Of a stretch of 64,000 nucleotides of DNA, positions 39,897 to 53,992 are shown piece after piece. The position numbers and the translations under genes are program-made. The DNA comes from Octopus vulgaris. Its lineage: Eukaryota. Position 1 is the first letter of the stretch; each line of letters starts with the position of its first letter. The stretch covers positions 114,638,001 through 114,702,000 of the forward strand of contig OX597816.1 in assembly GCA_951406725.2 (NCBI GenBank). The letters run 5' to 3'. Under the pieces are notes generated by a model, which ran no database searches, had not been told where the DNA came from, and saw nothing but the letters and a program-made list of their open reading frames with translations.

Positions 39897-40801
39897 CTTC
39901 ACCCAAATTTTCCCCATTCTTCAACTATTGCTGTTTTACAAGCGCCACATCTCTGCTGACCACAAGACGAAGCTACTGTTTCTTTCATTCTCATAAAAGA
40001 TATAATTCCTTAATAGTTTATTCAAATGGGGAAATTAAGGAATTTGAAGCCACTGTCTAAAACTAAGGAATTTGATGCTTGTGTCTAAATGGAAAGTTAA
40101 AGAATTTGATGCTATCTTCTAAATTGTTTATTTCTCTAATCGGAAAAATTTCCATTTGATAAATATTACATAATAACTATAGCAGCATACAAACACACAC
40201 ACACACACACACACATACAAACACTCAGACATATGTGCACATACACCTTCACACACTCACATGTATATCTCTCTTCTCATACACACATGATTAAGTACAC
40301 ACACACACGTATATTTATACATTCAGATTATATAGAATGTGAAATTAAACTCAGAAGGGTGTCCTTCTTATAACTAAGAAATAATTAAAAAGGATGGATT
40401 TCATGTAGATGCATAAAAGATATTGTTAATTTTTTTTTCCAAAAATTAAAAGTAATTTTGAGATATACAAGAATAGATACAATGAGGGAAGATGAGTGCA
40501 ACTGTCTTAACAGCGATAAGTAACTGGATATAGCGTAGTTAATTGATATATACAAACTTACAAGCATACATATATAGATATAGATATAGGTACAGATATT
40601 GTTGATATCAGAAGAATTTGTAGATTTTGAGAGAACATGAAGTAATTCTTTTTTGGAATGTTCAATACTGAAGAAGATAAGTCTATAAATATGGTTTTAA
40701 AAACCATGGGCAGCCTTCGACCTTTTTCATGCTATATATACATGCTATTATAATATATAGTGATTGCTGCTTCAAGTTCTACAGTTCAATAAAAGTAATA
40801 T

Positions 40802-40810
<9 letters not shown>
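39897..40810 (+). other. Candidate terminal exon with AATAAA at 40788-40793
   Basis: Strong acceptor tttacctttatatcttgtctccag|; no evident donor; poly(A) hexamer; three degenerate repeats of about 30 bp at 40027-40125. Confidence 0.4.
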
Positions 40811-40857
<47 letters not shown>

Positions 40858-41038
40858 GTGTATATATATATATGTATGTGTGTATATATATATACGCACA
40901 AAATTAAGAGGAATGACCACTAAAGTGGACACATAATATGCTAAACATAAACGTCAAATCGCCATTACCATGAAGAGTATTTTTTAAATATGCTATGCCA
41001 CTGGTTTTAATTGATTAATATCAATTTCTACTCTTATT

Positions 41039-41207
<169 letters not shown>

Positions 41208-41215
41208 GTATATAT

Positions 41216-41508
41216 GGAGGCGCAATGGCCCAGTGGTTAGGGCAGTGGACTTGTGGTTGTAGGATCGCGGTTTCGATTCCCAGACCGGGCATTGTGAGTG
41301 TTTATTGAGCGAAAACACCTAAAGCTCCACGAGACTCTGGCAGGGGGTGGTGGCGATCCCTGCTGTACTCTTTCGCCACAACTTTCACTCTTTCTTCTGT
41401 TAGCCTGCTCGCTTAGCCAGCGGGGTGGCATCATTTGAAGGCTAAAACAATACGAAGCGCATTGTGACCAGCGATGTGTAGCAACATCTGATAGCCTGGT
41501 CGGTCTCA
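41216..41508 (+). mobile_element. SINE family D in (TA)n
   Basis: ggaggcgcaatggcccagtggttaggg...ggtttcgattccc tRNA-like head. Confidence 0.85.
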
Positions 41509-42130
41509 TGATATATATATATATATATGTATTTATGTATTTATAGATATATATATATGTGTGTGTGTATATATATATATATAAGTACATGCATACATAT
41601 ATATGTATATATATATATGTTGATTGATTGATATATATACATACATATATATATGTATACGTATATATATTATACATACACATATATATATATATCTACC
41701 TATTTCTCTATCTATTGATATATGTATATATATATATTTATATATATATATATATATAATTACGAATATATGCATATACATATAGGTATATATATGTATA
41801 TAAATATATATATATATATGTTTATATGTATCTCTATATTTATATATATATGCGTGTGTATGTGTGTGTGTGCGTATGTATACGCATACACATGCAAAAA
41901 TGTATATATATTTACACAATACATACACACATAAACGTATATAAATAATTAACTATCTATCCATAGGTGTAGGCGTGGGTGTGTTGTAAGAAGCATGCTT
42001 CACAACCTTACGGTTCCGGGTTCAGTCCCACTGCGTGGCACCTTGGGCAAGTGTCTTCTGCTGTAGCCTCAGGCTGACCAACCAAAGCCTTGTGAGAGGA
42101 TTTGATAGACGGAAAGTGAAAGAACCCTTT

Positions 42131-42478
<348 letters not shown>

Positions 42479-42869
42479 CCCCATCACAACTGCTTCTTTA
42501 TAACTATTTAAATCATTATTTTAAAACATTTTCCAGAAATATTTACAAGCAATTTTGTGAAAATATGTTTTTGAGAATTTAGATTGTGTTGTAGTTGTGC
42601 CCCTTGTGCCAGTAACACGTAAAAAAGCACCATCTGAACGTGGCCAATGCCAGTGCCGCCTTGACTAGCTTCCGTGTTGGTGGCATGTAAAAAGCAGCCA
42701 CTACACTCTCGGAGTAGTTGGCGTTAGGAAGGGCAACCAGCTGTAGAAACACTGCCAGATCAGATTGGGGCCTGGTGCAGCCTCCTGGCTTCCCAGACCC
42801 CAGTTGAACCATCCAACCTATGCTAGCATGGAAAACGGACGTTAAATGATGATGATTATGTTAAACCAT

Positions 42870-43674
42870 TTCTTAAAAATTGGTACGACTCTCTGTTTGT
42901 CTCTCTCTCTCTCACTTTTACTTGATCTGTCCCCTTCTCTCTCTTTTCTCTCTACTCATCCTCTTTTTCTCTTCTCTTTCCTCTGATTCTTTGGTCTACT
43001 CTTCCCCTACCCTTCCATTTCTTTGTCTCGCTTTGCACTCACAGGTCAATCTTCGACACCCATCCCTTCTCCTCTCTGATTTCTTCTTTCTCTCTCTTCT
43101 CTCCCCTTGTTGCGTTTGTCCCTCCTCTCTCTCTCTCTTCCTTCCTTTGCTTCTCTTTCTTTTCTTTTCTCTCTTCTCTGTCACGTGACCGCTGGCCGAA
43201 ATCTGTCTCTCAGCTTCCGACTAGCGACGTGTTAACATCGTTGTTTTTCGTCCGCCGCCAAGGCATCGCCGATAAGGCTCCTTTCCAAAATGCGCCAGAG
43301 AAAATTTGTTTGCTTGTTATCAGTCGTAAGACACTTGTTGTTTTCACCGTTAATGCTTCTGTATTTCATGTTTCTGTATTCCATTATTGTTTTTTGCCTT
43401 TTATATTCGTCCTTTTTTGCTGTCCCGGTGTTCGTATGCATTCGATCCTTCTTCCAGGAAATCTACGCTCCCAGCTTAGTTTTTCTAATGCTCGTTGCTT
43501 AGTTTTTCTTGGAGGGCTGGCCGGATCTAGTAATCTCAAGATTAATCAGCCGAAATTACTACGATGATCCGGTTCTTGACTGAAGACTGAGGGTTTCGAA
43601 TGTCCTGTCCGTGTTTATTGTATCGTCTTCTAAGAGTTATACGTTCTTGTCCATGTTGTATTTTTCTACATACC

Positions 43675-43734
<60 letters not shown>

Positions 43735-43941
43735 GAAGGGGTTCTTTTACTTTCCGTCTATAAAATCCTCTCACAACAATTTTAGTTGGAACCACAAAAT
43801 CTTTAGTTATGTGGAGCTGAGTCAGACTGTTGTTAAATGAAGAATAACGTGGGTTGAAACAGAAATGAAGCCCTCTGCATGCAAAAATACATACATACAT
43901 ATAAGAGAACAAAGTGTAACGTATGCCGCTATACATATATG

Positions 43942-44005
<64 letters not shown>

Positions 44006-44665
44006 GGACGCTAAACGATGATGATGATGATGATGATGATGATGATATATATATGAAATACAAAATGGGACGAGAATGCAAAACATCCAGATAGAGGATG
44101 CAAAGAAAACAAGGACGGGTCATTTGAAGTTTTCTACCTTCAGTCAAGAACCAGATTATCGTCGCAATTATTCTTGAGATTGCTCCAATCTGGCCAGCCC
44201 CAAAGAAAAACTAAGCTAAGCGCATTAGATTCCCTGGAAGAAATCATCGAATGTATACAAAAACAAGGACGGAAAAAACAGACAATGTTACACAAATATA
44301 AATACAATAAAAATAATAACAGGTGTCTTTCGACTAAGGACGAATTGAATTGAGCTGGCGCGTGTGGAAATGAAGCCTTACGGCAGAGATACAAAAGTTT
44401 CACAAACACAGGGAAGAATATCGATGTTGCATGGACCACGATCAGACCCAGAAAGAAAGAGCGAGCAGTCTGGCCGATCGGTCACATGGGAAGAGAAGAG
44501 AGAGAAGTAGGAGCGGAGGAACAAAAAGAATTAAGGAGGGGGAAGAGAAGAGAGAGAAGTAGAAGTAGAGGGACAGAAGAATTAAGGAGGGGCGAGAAAA
44601 AATGACAGGGACACAGTGAAGTGAAAAGTGGAGGGAAAGCGAGTAGGAAGAGAAGGCAAAGAAAT
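42870..44665. mobile_element. Two related Penelope-like terminal regions in inverted orientation, each ending at (TA)n
   Basis: 43430-43680 resembles the reverse complement of 44050-44290; pyrimidine-rich 42880-43190 mirrors purine-rich 44480-44660. Confidence 0.6.
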
Positions 44666-45175
44666 GTGTATGCACGTATTTTTGTATGCAAAGACCTTTT
44701 CAGTTTCACTCTAACAAATTCTTTCACATGGCTTTAATTAAACTTGAGAGCTATAGTTGAAGACACTTTCTCAAAATGCCCATATTGTGGGACTGAACCC
44801 AAAACCACGTGATTACAACACAGATTAACCGCACAGTTGTATCCATTCCCGTATCACAAATATCAAAGAAACATCAAACTCCTACACATGACAACAATCA
44901 CTTGAAAACATACAATAAAAACACTGCGTAATAGTAATCATATATACAATACCAGATTGGTGTGCAACAAACAACTTATTCTTGTTATTCAATACAGTGG
45001 AATCAACAACTTTAGTTTTCACACCAGGATTTGCATAGTAATGAAAGCAATTCACACCTTACGTAAACAATATAGTGATGCCTAAGAATACCCAGAACGG
45101 CTGGCATTCATATCTCACATAAAAACAAACGTAAACCAACCCACACATAAAGTATTAAAAATACTGAATCAAGAG

Positions 45176-45215
<40 letters not shown>

Positions 45216-45218
<3 letters not shown>

Positions 45219-45420
45219 CCTTTCTACTCTGAAATTTTGGGGAAGGGGACTAGTCGATTATATTGACCCCAGTGTTTCACTGGTACTTAGTTTATCGACT
45301 CCGAAAGGATGAAAGGCAAAGTCGACCTCAGCAGAATTTGAACTCAGAACGCAGCGACGGGCGAAATACCGCTAAGCATTTCGTCCAGCGTACTAACGAT
45401 TCTACCAGCTTGCCGCCTTA
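45216..45420 (-). mobile_element. SINE family B (CpG retained) between TAA tracts
   Basis: Near consensus. Confidence 0.9.
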
Positions 45421-45462
45421 ATATTAATAATAATGATGATAATAATAATAATAATAATAATA

Positions 45463-45494
<32 letters not shown>

Positions 45495-45495
45495 A

Positions 45496-45963
45496 GAGTA
45501 GGGCAGTGTTTACATTGGAAAATATGTTAACACTACAAAATCGGCGCTCCTGCTTACTGGTATGAACATCAGCCTGAGCCAGTCGTTGAAGGTAAAAATG
45601 TCATTATCCTCTGGAATTTTCCAGCCAAAACCGACAGAATGATCCAGGCTAATCGACCAGATATGATTAATAAAGACAGCAAAGAAAATACTTGTAGATT
45701 AACAGATGTAAGTGTTCCCACTGGTAAAAGTACATCTGTAAAGGAATTGACAAATTAATATAAGGAACTGGAAATTGAAATACAAAAGATGTAGCATCTT
45801 AAAGCAAGATCTGTTCCCGTTATTGTAAGCGTCCTAGGTATAATAAAAAAGGGATGTCAGAAACATCTAGATAACATCCCAGGAGAGCCATGTCTCAGAG
45901 AAATTCAAAAGATTGTGCTGATATGTACTGCCCACACCCTTAGGAAAAACCTTATCACTTTAA
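45496..45963 (+). mobile_element. R4/Dong-like LINE endonuclease fragment
   Basis: HWKIC..YWYEHQPEPVVEG..VIILWNF..TDRMIQANRPD..DVSVP..EIQKIVL..AHTLRK; preceded by (TAA)n(TGA)n. Confidence 0.85.
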
Positions 45964-46948
45964 ATGTCCGTGTTGTATTACATGAGAATATTTTGCTACT
46001 GCCCCTGCTACTTCGCGTCCCAAAGCTTTCAGTCATACTGTAACATCACTTATCATCTCCAAACACTATCCAACTATCATAAAAGTGGTATGCAAGATGA
46101 ACCAATTCTGAATATTATTTTTTTTATATACCCAGGCCTATTCCTCATGTTTTTTTTAGGAGGGGATAGCCACAACAAGACACACACCAGGCATTCCATT
46201 CATTTCTCAGCTCTTGGATATGACTTTTATAAACTACATCCGGTAGTGGGACCCTGGGTCTCTGGCTTCAGGGTTTGAGGAGTGTGGAACCACTTCTTAG
46301 TCACTATTGTTCCCAGGTCTACTCTGGCCCAGAGTTGTAGCACATGTAAGGGTCCTAGCTATGGGTTAACTAGCAAACCCCACTGGGACTAGGTGTGTGT
46401 GTGTGTGTGGGGGGGGGGTAGAATGTAGTCGCCGTATTTCCTGCGTGGCGTAAGAGGCGACTAAAAGGGGCGGGAGCGAAGGGACTGGGAATCCACTCCT
46501 GGTAATTTCATATTCCTAAAAAGACAACATGAACCAATTTTGAATATACGAAACCAAAAATAAAAAGATAGGATGGTCACGACCAGAAAGGCTCGTCAAA
46601 CGATAAAATGTTAACATCAAGAAATATTCCTCTTAGTACATCCTAAAGCTGCCAGAGAACGACTAAAGCTAGCAATGACTCTGCACAAAGTAAGCTTCAA
46701 AATACAAAGACATCTTAAAAAGCCTATGAAATATTTACACTAACGCTTCCACACAACACGATTTACAAATACCCCAGAAAAATAATTGACTTTACAAGGG
46801 AAAAAAATTATCGTCAACAGCAACGAAACAGGAAATAATTACCTTCCTTATCTCTCACGTCTTACAAAAGCATAGGTTTGCATCGAATTTATCAAAAAAT
46901 AAGCTGTAAAGATAGTATAAAAATGCTTAATTCTGCTGTATAACATTA

Positions 46949-47488
46949 CTGTATTTTCCAGCATACTAGTCGACATTGTGTGAAGGCACGTGGCTTAGTG
47001 GTTAGGGCATTCAGCACACGATCGTAAGGTCGTGAGTTCGATTCCTGGCGACGCGTTGTGTCCTTAAGCAAGATACTTTATTTCACGTTGCTCCAGTCCA
47101 CTCAGCTGGCAAAAATGAGTTGTACCTGTATTTCAAAGGGCCGGCCTTGTCACACTCTGTGTCGCGCTGAATCTCCCTGAGAACTACGTTAGGGGTACAC
47201 GTGTCTGTGGATTGCTCAGTCACATGCATGTTAATTTCACGAGCAGGCCGTTCCGTTGATCGTATCAGCTGGGACCCTCGTCGTCGTAACCGACGGAGTG
47301 CTCCTATTTTGAGTCGACATAGCATATAGTGTAAATATTCAAACATAGTCTCGATCTCTCCAAATTCTGTTGCATTTCACATGGAAATTTTGGTGCTCCA
47401 AACTCGTCTTTGTGTTTAAGTCGACCTACCATTTTTTAAGCTGTAAGTTCGGGGCTGAAAAATTCGACTTGTATGCCGGAAAATTCAG
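46949..47488. mobile_element. pogo/Tigger-like MITE with 25-bp TIRs, interrupted by SINE family C (46982-47304)
   Basis: ta|ctgtattttccagcatactagtcga ... tcgacttgtatgccggaaaattcag|tg (3 mismatches). Confidence 0.7.
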
Positions 47489-47944
47489 TGATTGCATTAA
47501 AAACATCATTTGGAGCTAAAATAGTTTATAATCAAGCTCTACATTCACATAGTATTAATTCGAGAAATATTCTTAATGCCTGGCTACAGAACTCCCAGCG
47601 TTCTAAATTAGATGAGGGAGTATCTCACGCAATGACAGAAGTCTTGTTAGATATGCAAAATGTGCATTTAATATACAGATAATGTCGTTTACAAAAATTA
47701 TTGGGAAATGACACTATAATTGAAAGTGAAGCTTTAAAAATATAAAGAAAGACAAGCACAAAACACGTTGCGAAAATAAACATATTTTTTATGTACCAGC
47801 ACCGATCTCGTTGACCATCTCTCAAAGTTAGGCATCACATTTACGAAACTTTGACACTCGAAATCACCATCACTGGAGGAGACTGTCAATACGCTCAACG
47901 CCTGATGAAATGCAGCTAAGAATCCTACCTGGCGTGCTAACAAT

Positions 47945-48348
47945 TCGTATTCCTTTATTGCCCACAAGGGGCCAAACATAGAGGGGACAAACAAGGACAG
48001 ACAAACGGATTAAGTCGATTACATCGACTCCAGTGAGTAACTGGTACTTAATTTATCGACCCCGAAAGGATGAAAGGCAAAGTCGACCTTGGCGGAATTT
48101 GAACTCAGAACGCAGCGGCGGACGTAATACCTATTTCTTTATTACCCACAAGGGGCTAAACATAGAGGGGACAAACAAGGACAGACATATATTGACCCCA
48201 GTGCGTAACTGGTACTTAATTTATCGACCCCGAAAAGATGAAAGGCAAAGTCGACCTCGGCGGAATTTGAACTCACAACGTAACGGCAGACGAAATACCG
48301 CCAAGCATTTCGCCCGGCGCGCTAACGTTTCTGCCAGCTCGCCGCCTT
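47945..48348 (-). mobile_element. Dimeric SINE family B with linker
   Basis: Two core units, each preceded by 'cccacaagggg.caaacatagaggggacaaacaaggacagaca'; same design as 61444-61852. Confidence 0.85.
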
Positions 48349-48673
48349 GAAATGAAATCGAATAAAGGCAAGACAATTTTTGTTGCAGAAACAAAGGTTT
48401 CACGCTGTGTTGTAAATCCATCAGCAAGTGAAGAATATGTATTCGAACGAGTAGTTCTATATTTCCGATTAACTGGGAGAGAAATGCTTTCCAGTAAGTT
48501 TCGTAATGGTTGTCCTATAAGCATCAAACATGAAATTGATGTACGCACATTGTACAAACGGGATGGGGACAGAATACAAATATTTCTTATCACATATCTC
48601 TCTCACTTTTTCTTTCTTTTTGTTTTACGAAGAGAACACAGGAATACATTTAATATACCATTCGCATTCCTTT

Positions 48674-48720
48674 CTTCGCTGACGAATGTACAATGATTCA
48701 CGAAACCTGTAGGTCCGAGG
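48674..48720 (+). ncRNA. Type I hammerhead fold with weak stem II
   Basis: cttcg-CTGACGA-atgtacaatgattcac-GAAAC-ctgtag-GTC-cgagg; 3-bp stem III, 5-bp stem I. Confidence 0.55.
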
Positions 48721-49125
48721 TGGAAAAGAAAATGCAATAATATATTAATAGTAAAAATAATACGCTAATATAACATGTATTTTGCATGTATATCATTCGT
48801 CTACTTTCTTTTACTTGTTTCAATTATTAGACTATGGCCATGCTGGGGCACCACCATGAAGAATTCCAGTCGAATGAATCGACCTCAGTACATTTTTGTA
48901 TATTTTTATGTTTACATTTATCTTAAATTTTATTGTAATATGATCTACTAATACAAAGCACTTTGTGTGTATATTGAGAAATATTTGTATTAAGCTACCA
49001 TAGCAGAATATTGGTTATGTATAAAACTGATTATATGATGTTTTCTATACATATATAGTGCTATACGTGCATATACAACGGGGTTGAATATATATTTATT
49101 AAACATAGAAAAGTGAACTTATTCA

Positions 49126-49428
49126 CCATACATACATACATAAATATATACATACATACATACATACATACATAATACATACATACATACATACATACAT
49201 ACATACATACATACATACATACATACATACATACATACATACAAGCATTCATACAAGCATACATACATACATACATACAAGCATTCATACAAGCATACAT
49301 ATATACATACATACATACATACATACACACATACATACATACATACATACATACATACATACATACATACATACATACATACATACATACATACATACAT
49401 ACATACGTACAAATATATATACATACAT
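49126..49428. repeat. (TACA)n microsatellite
   Basis: Direct inspection. Confidence 0.95.
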
Positions 49429-49626
49429 ATTGTTGAAGGCACGAAATTGCGTTTGACCCTCTGGCTGATAACTGATGAGTATTTGGTGACCTGTGTCTGT
49501 TTCCCTGTTCGTTTGTGCATTTGTGTGTGTTTGTTGTAGGGTGGGCGTGTGCGAGCGCATCCATGCACATGCTCGTACTATTACAGATATACACGCAAAA
49601 CTATATATATATACTCACACACACGC

Positions 49627-49676
<50 letters not shown>

Positions 49677-50058
49677 ACATATACGTACATATATGTGTGT
49701 GTATGCGCGAGAAAAGAGAGATGGGGGAAGAAACAGAAATGTGATATCATTATACACGTTCAAGAACATAGTCTGCACAATTGATATCACAGACACACAT
49801 GCACATATATGATATATATGAATGCATAAACACACACACGCGCGTGCGCGTGAGCACACACACACGCACACACACACACACATACACGCACATGAGCACA
49901 CATACTCACATACACGGTTATTTAAGAAATTTGCATGTAGGCCCGAAGACAGAAATAAAAGAACAGATCACATCGCGCGAGTCAACCGCACAGCTGTCGT
50001 TTGCTATGTATGTATAAAATATAAACATTTTAGACAATATTTTTACCTTCTTAATCCC

Positions 50059-50133
<75 letters not shown>

Positions 50134-50147
50134 CCTCTCTACCTATC

Positions 50148-50226
<79 letters not shown>

Positions 50227-50392
50227 ATCTATCTATTTATCTCTCTATCTTTCTATCTATCTATTTATCTCTCTCTCTCTATCTATTTCTTTGTGTGTCT
50301 CTTCTTTTTCTTCTTCTTCATCTTCTTCTTCTTCTTCTTCTTCTTCTTCTTCTTCTTCTTCTTCTTCTTCTTCTTCTTCTTCTTCTTCTTCT
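50059..50392. repeat. (TATC)n followed by (TTC)n
   Basis: Direct inspection. Confidence 0.95.
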
Positions 50393-51342
50393 CTGTCTAG
50401 CTCTCCGCGTATATGTATATGTGTGTGTGTACATACATCTACATTTTTATGTATGTATTCATTCACACATAGAGAGAGAAGGAGATAGATAGATTACTCC
50501 ACACACACATTCATTGATAAATACACACGAAAATGCAAAATGAATTGATTTCCTTCTTAAACCCTTTTATTCTGTCACTAGCACCATTATTGTCATTGAA
50601 TGTTGTTGCATTGTTGGTCTTCGCCAATAATGTGTGTGGAAAACTGATGCAACATAGTGTCTACTAATAGCATTACACTGGGTCATTTCCTTACCCTGCA
50701 GACTTTTTAATTCTTTCACACCAACTTCGAAAACTCAAGATGGACTCTATTAATACCTTGGAAGACATCTGAATGGCTTATAACCACACGAATTAAAATC
50801 CCCTAATAAACATATGCAATTTGTAAAAGCCAAAGTGTTATCCAAGTCCCTTCCTCCATTACGACTATATCGTATTTAAGGTTATTTTAAAACTACATCC
50901 TCGTCTTTCTACGTTGCAGTTACAATATCGCTTTAAGTCATTTTAATTTACTAACATTTTAATCATTTGCTTAACTCAGAAGACTTGTACTTTTCTATCA
51001 CCTCCTTAACCATTTGTTTAAGAATATCTGAGATCGCTTAAGTAGTTTTCATTGTAAAGAGATGGGATGAAGTTTTAGAGTTCTGAGTTCAAATTCCAGT
51101 CAATATTTAATCATCTAGGAGTTCACTGGGATAGAGATAAATAAGAGTAATAAGTTCTTTCTACTATAGTCACAAAGCCTGAATTTTGTGGGTAGGAGAC
51201 TAGTCGATTACTTCGAACCCAGTGTTCGAAAGGTACTTACTTTATCGACCCTAAAAAGGTGAAATACCACTAAGCATTTCGCCCGGTGAGCTAACGATCC
51301 TGCCAGCTCACTGCCTTAATAATAATAATAATGATAATTATA

Positions 51343-51390
<48 letters not shown>

Positions 51391-51556
51391 CTTGAGAAGC
51401 ACATGGAACAAATAGGGATAACAAGGCTGCAATAAGGGTGGGGCACTTGCAGAAAACAGCACTGCTTGGAACCGCGCGAATACTCCGAAAAAACTGGTAG
51501 TGAACAGCTGACACCGTAGTACATCTCCGGCGTTAGAAGCTGTGCAAAGATAGTCA
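51391..51556 (+). mobile_element. R4/Dong-like 3' tip flanked by (TAA)n on both sides
   Basis: LEKHMEQIG..HLQKTALLGTARILRK. Confidence 0.8.
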
Positions 51557-51575
51557 AATAATAATAATAATAATG

Positions 51576-51632
<57 letters not shown>

Positions 51633-52163
51633 GGCTCTCATGGCTTCTGATCTTAACTGATTGGAAGTGTTATCATGTACATTGTTTTGTCTTGGTATAA
51701 AAGATGGGCTACAGCAAACATTTTGCTCACTACCACAGATTTGCTTGTCAGTTGTTTGACCTTAACCAGTTGAGCATGTCCCTTAGTGGCTGACGATATG
51801 TGCATCTCTGATCACGAGCAGAAGTAGTGGGGGAGCATCATAGCCATGTGTTGAGAAGGATTCTTTGGGGTTTGAATAATTCACCTCTGGAAACATGGGT
51901 GTTTCGTTCAACGTCCTTAAACAACCCTTATTCAGGGACCTTTTGAGCAGGATGGGTTACTCGATCTGAAGAAAATTCTAACTGGGCTCCACCTGCAAGG
52001 TCATGTGCTGTTTATCTTGATATGAGATCACCATGTCGCGCACATATGGTTGTGATGCATGTGCCTGGTGTACCCTTATCAGACGGGTAGTCATGATGGG
52101 TATACTGGGCTTCGTATATTTTACCCCAGTGTCACTTTGATGGCATGCTCTGCTCGCTCACTC

Positions 52164-52184
<21 letters not shown>
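51633..52184. mobile_element. Non-coding element of about 550 bp flanked by (TAA)n (family F; partial inverted copy at about 15900-16030)
   Basis: Shared cagatttgcttgtcagttgtttgac.ttaacca.ttgagcatgtc..atatgtgcatctctgatca.gagcag. Confidence 0.65.
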
Positions 52185-52216
<32 letters not shown>

Positions 52217-52399
52217 TTATGATGATGATGATTTCAAATTTTGCCACAAACGCAGCAACTTTGTGGGAGAGGATGAGTCGATTACATCGATCCCAGTGTT
52301 CAACTGGTACTTATTTTATCGATCCTGAAAGGATGAAAGATAAAGTCAACCTCAGCGGAATTTGAACTCAGAACTGGGTGAAATACCACAAAGCATTTC

Positions 52400-52925
52400 T
52401 GGCGAGATCGCGAAAGTCTGTGATATGCTTGCACAGAGAGAATATAAAAGCGTCACGATGAAGTGTGCTCAAACTTCCGCCGGTCTTTATGCAAAAGGTG
52501 GGTTCGAAACACTAAGAAATGCTATCAGCAAAAACCCGAAGGGTCCTTGATAATCTGGCTGTGAAACTCTTGTGAGAATTAGAGATTGAGTTCTTCAACA
52601 GATAAGTCCGGACATAATTTTGGTGGCGAAAAGTACTGTAAGGAAGTGTTTGTTGATTATAGCTTGCCCAGATGATAAATACAAGAATGGTAATGAAAAC
52701 GAGAAAATCGTGCAATATACAGACTTGAGAATAGACGTCGTGAGCATTTGGTATAAAAAAAAGCAAGAATGGTACCAATTGTGGTTGGAGCGCTACGTTT
52801 GGTGACAAAAAAAAAATTCCTGAAACACCTCGACACAAGTGGAACGTGTCCCAGCATTACGACATTGGTTAAAACAATACTTTTGGGAACAGCAAATATT
52901 TTGCGGGCAGTACTAACTGTGAGGT
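52400..52925 (+). mobile_element. R4/Dong-like LINE endonuclease fragment
   Basis: MLAQREYK(RHD)..PDIILV..KCLLI..ENEKIVQYTDLR..VPIVVGAL..KTILLGTANILRAVL. Confidence 0.85.
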
Positions 52926-52930
52926 TACTA

Positions 52931-53328
52931 TCTCTTTTACTCTTTTACTTGTTACAGTCATTTGACTTTGGCCATGCTGGAGCACCGCCTTTAGTCGAGC
53001 AAATCGACTCCCGGACTTATCCTTTGTAAGCCTAGTACTTATTCTATCGGAGTCTTTTGCCGAACCGCTAAGTTACGGGGACATAAACATACCAGCATCG
53101 GTCGTCAAGCGATGTTGGGGAGACAAACACACACACACACACACACACATACACATAAACATATATACGACGGGCTTCTTTCAGTTTCCGTCTACTAAAT
53201 CCACTCACAAGACTTTGGTCGGCCCGAGGCTATAGTAGAAGACACTTTGCCCAAGGTGCCACGCAGTGGGACTGAACCCGGAACCATGTGGTTGGTAAGC
53301 AAGCTATTTACCACACAGCCATTCCTAT
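52931..53328 (-). mobile_element. SINE family A
   Basis: Near consensus, CpG retained. Confidence 0.9.
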
Positions 53329-53590
53329 ATAACTTGATTGAGAGTCAACTAAATGATCCAGTTTTAACAAGACCGATTCTTTGCAAATGAAATAAGAATA
53401 ATAAAAGAAGTGGAACATAATCAAACGTTAAGTTAAGCAGAAATGTAATCAAAGACATTCTGGCTGTAATTAATGTCATGTTCTTGGGTGCTTTTGAGAA
53501 AAGTACTATTTTAAAACACTTGTCAGTTGTCATTTGTTGTTAATTGAAGGCACGCCTAAACAACGATAGTCAACAAAGTTGTGCGCAATT

Positions 53591-53992
53591 ATAGGAGTGG
53601 CTGCGTGGTAAGTAGCTTGCTTACCAACCACATAGTTCCGGGTTCAGTTTCACTGCGTGGCACCTTGGGCAAGTGTTTTCTTCTATAGCCTCGGGCCGAC
53701 CAAAGCCTTTTGAGTGGATTTGGTAGACGGAAACTGAAAGAAGCTGGTCGTATATATGTATATATATATATATGTATGTGTGTGTATATGTTTGTGTTTG
53801 TCCCCCCCCTAACATCGCTTGACAGCCGATGCTGGTGTGTTTACGTCCCCGTAACTAAGCGGTTCGGCAAACGAGAGAGACAATAATTAATAGGCTTACA
53901 AAGAATAAGTCTTGGGGTCAATTTGCTCGACTAAAGGCAGTGCTCTAGCATGGCTACAGTCAAATGACTGAAACAAGTAAAAGTAAAAGAGT
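53591..53992 (+). mobile_element. SINE family A
   Basis: Near consensus; head-to-head with 52931-53328. Confidence 0.9.

Noticed and set aside
50600-50655. Short hairpin(s) tgttgcattg...gatgcaaca
   Set aside because: The stems are short and mutually exclusive, which is insufficient for a miRNA call.
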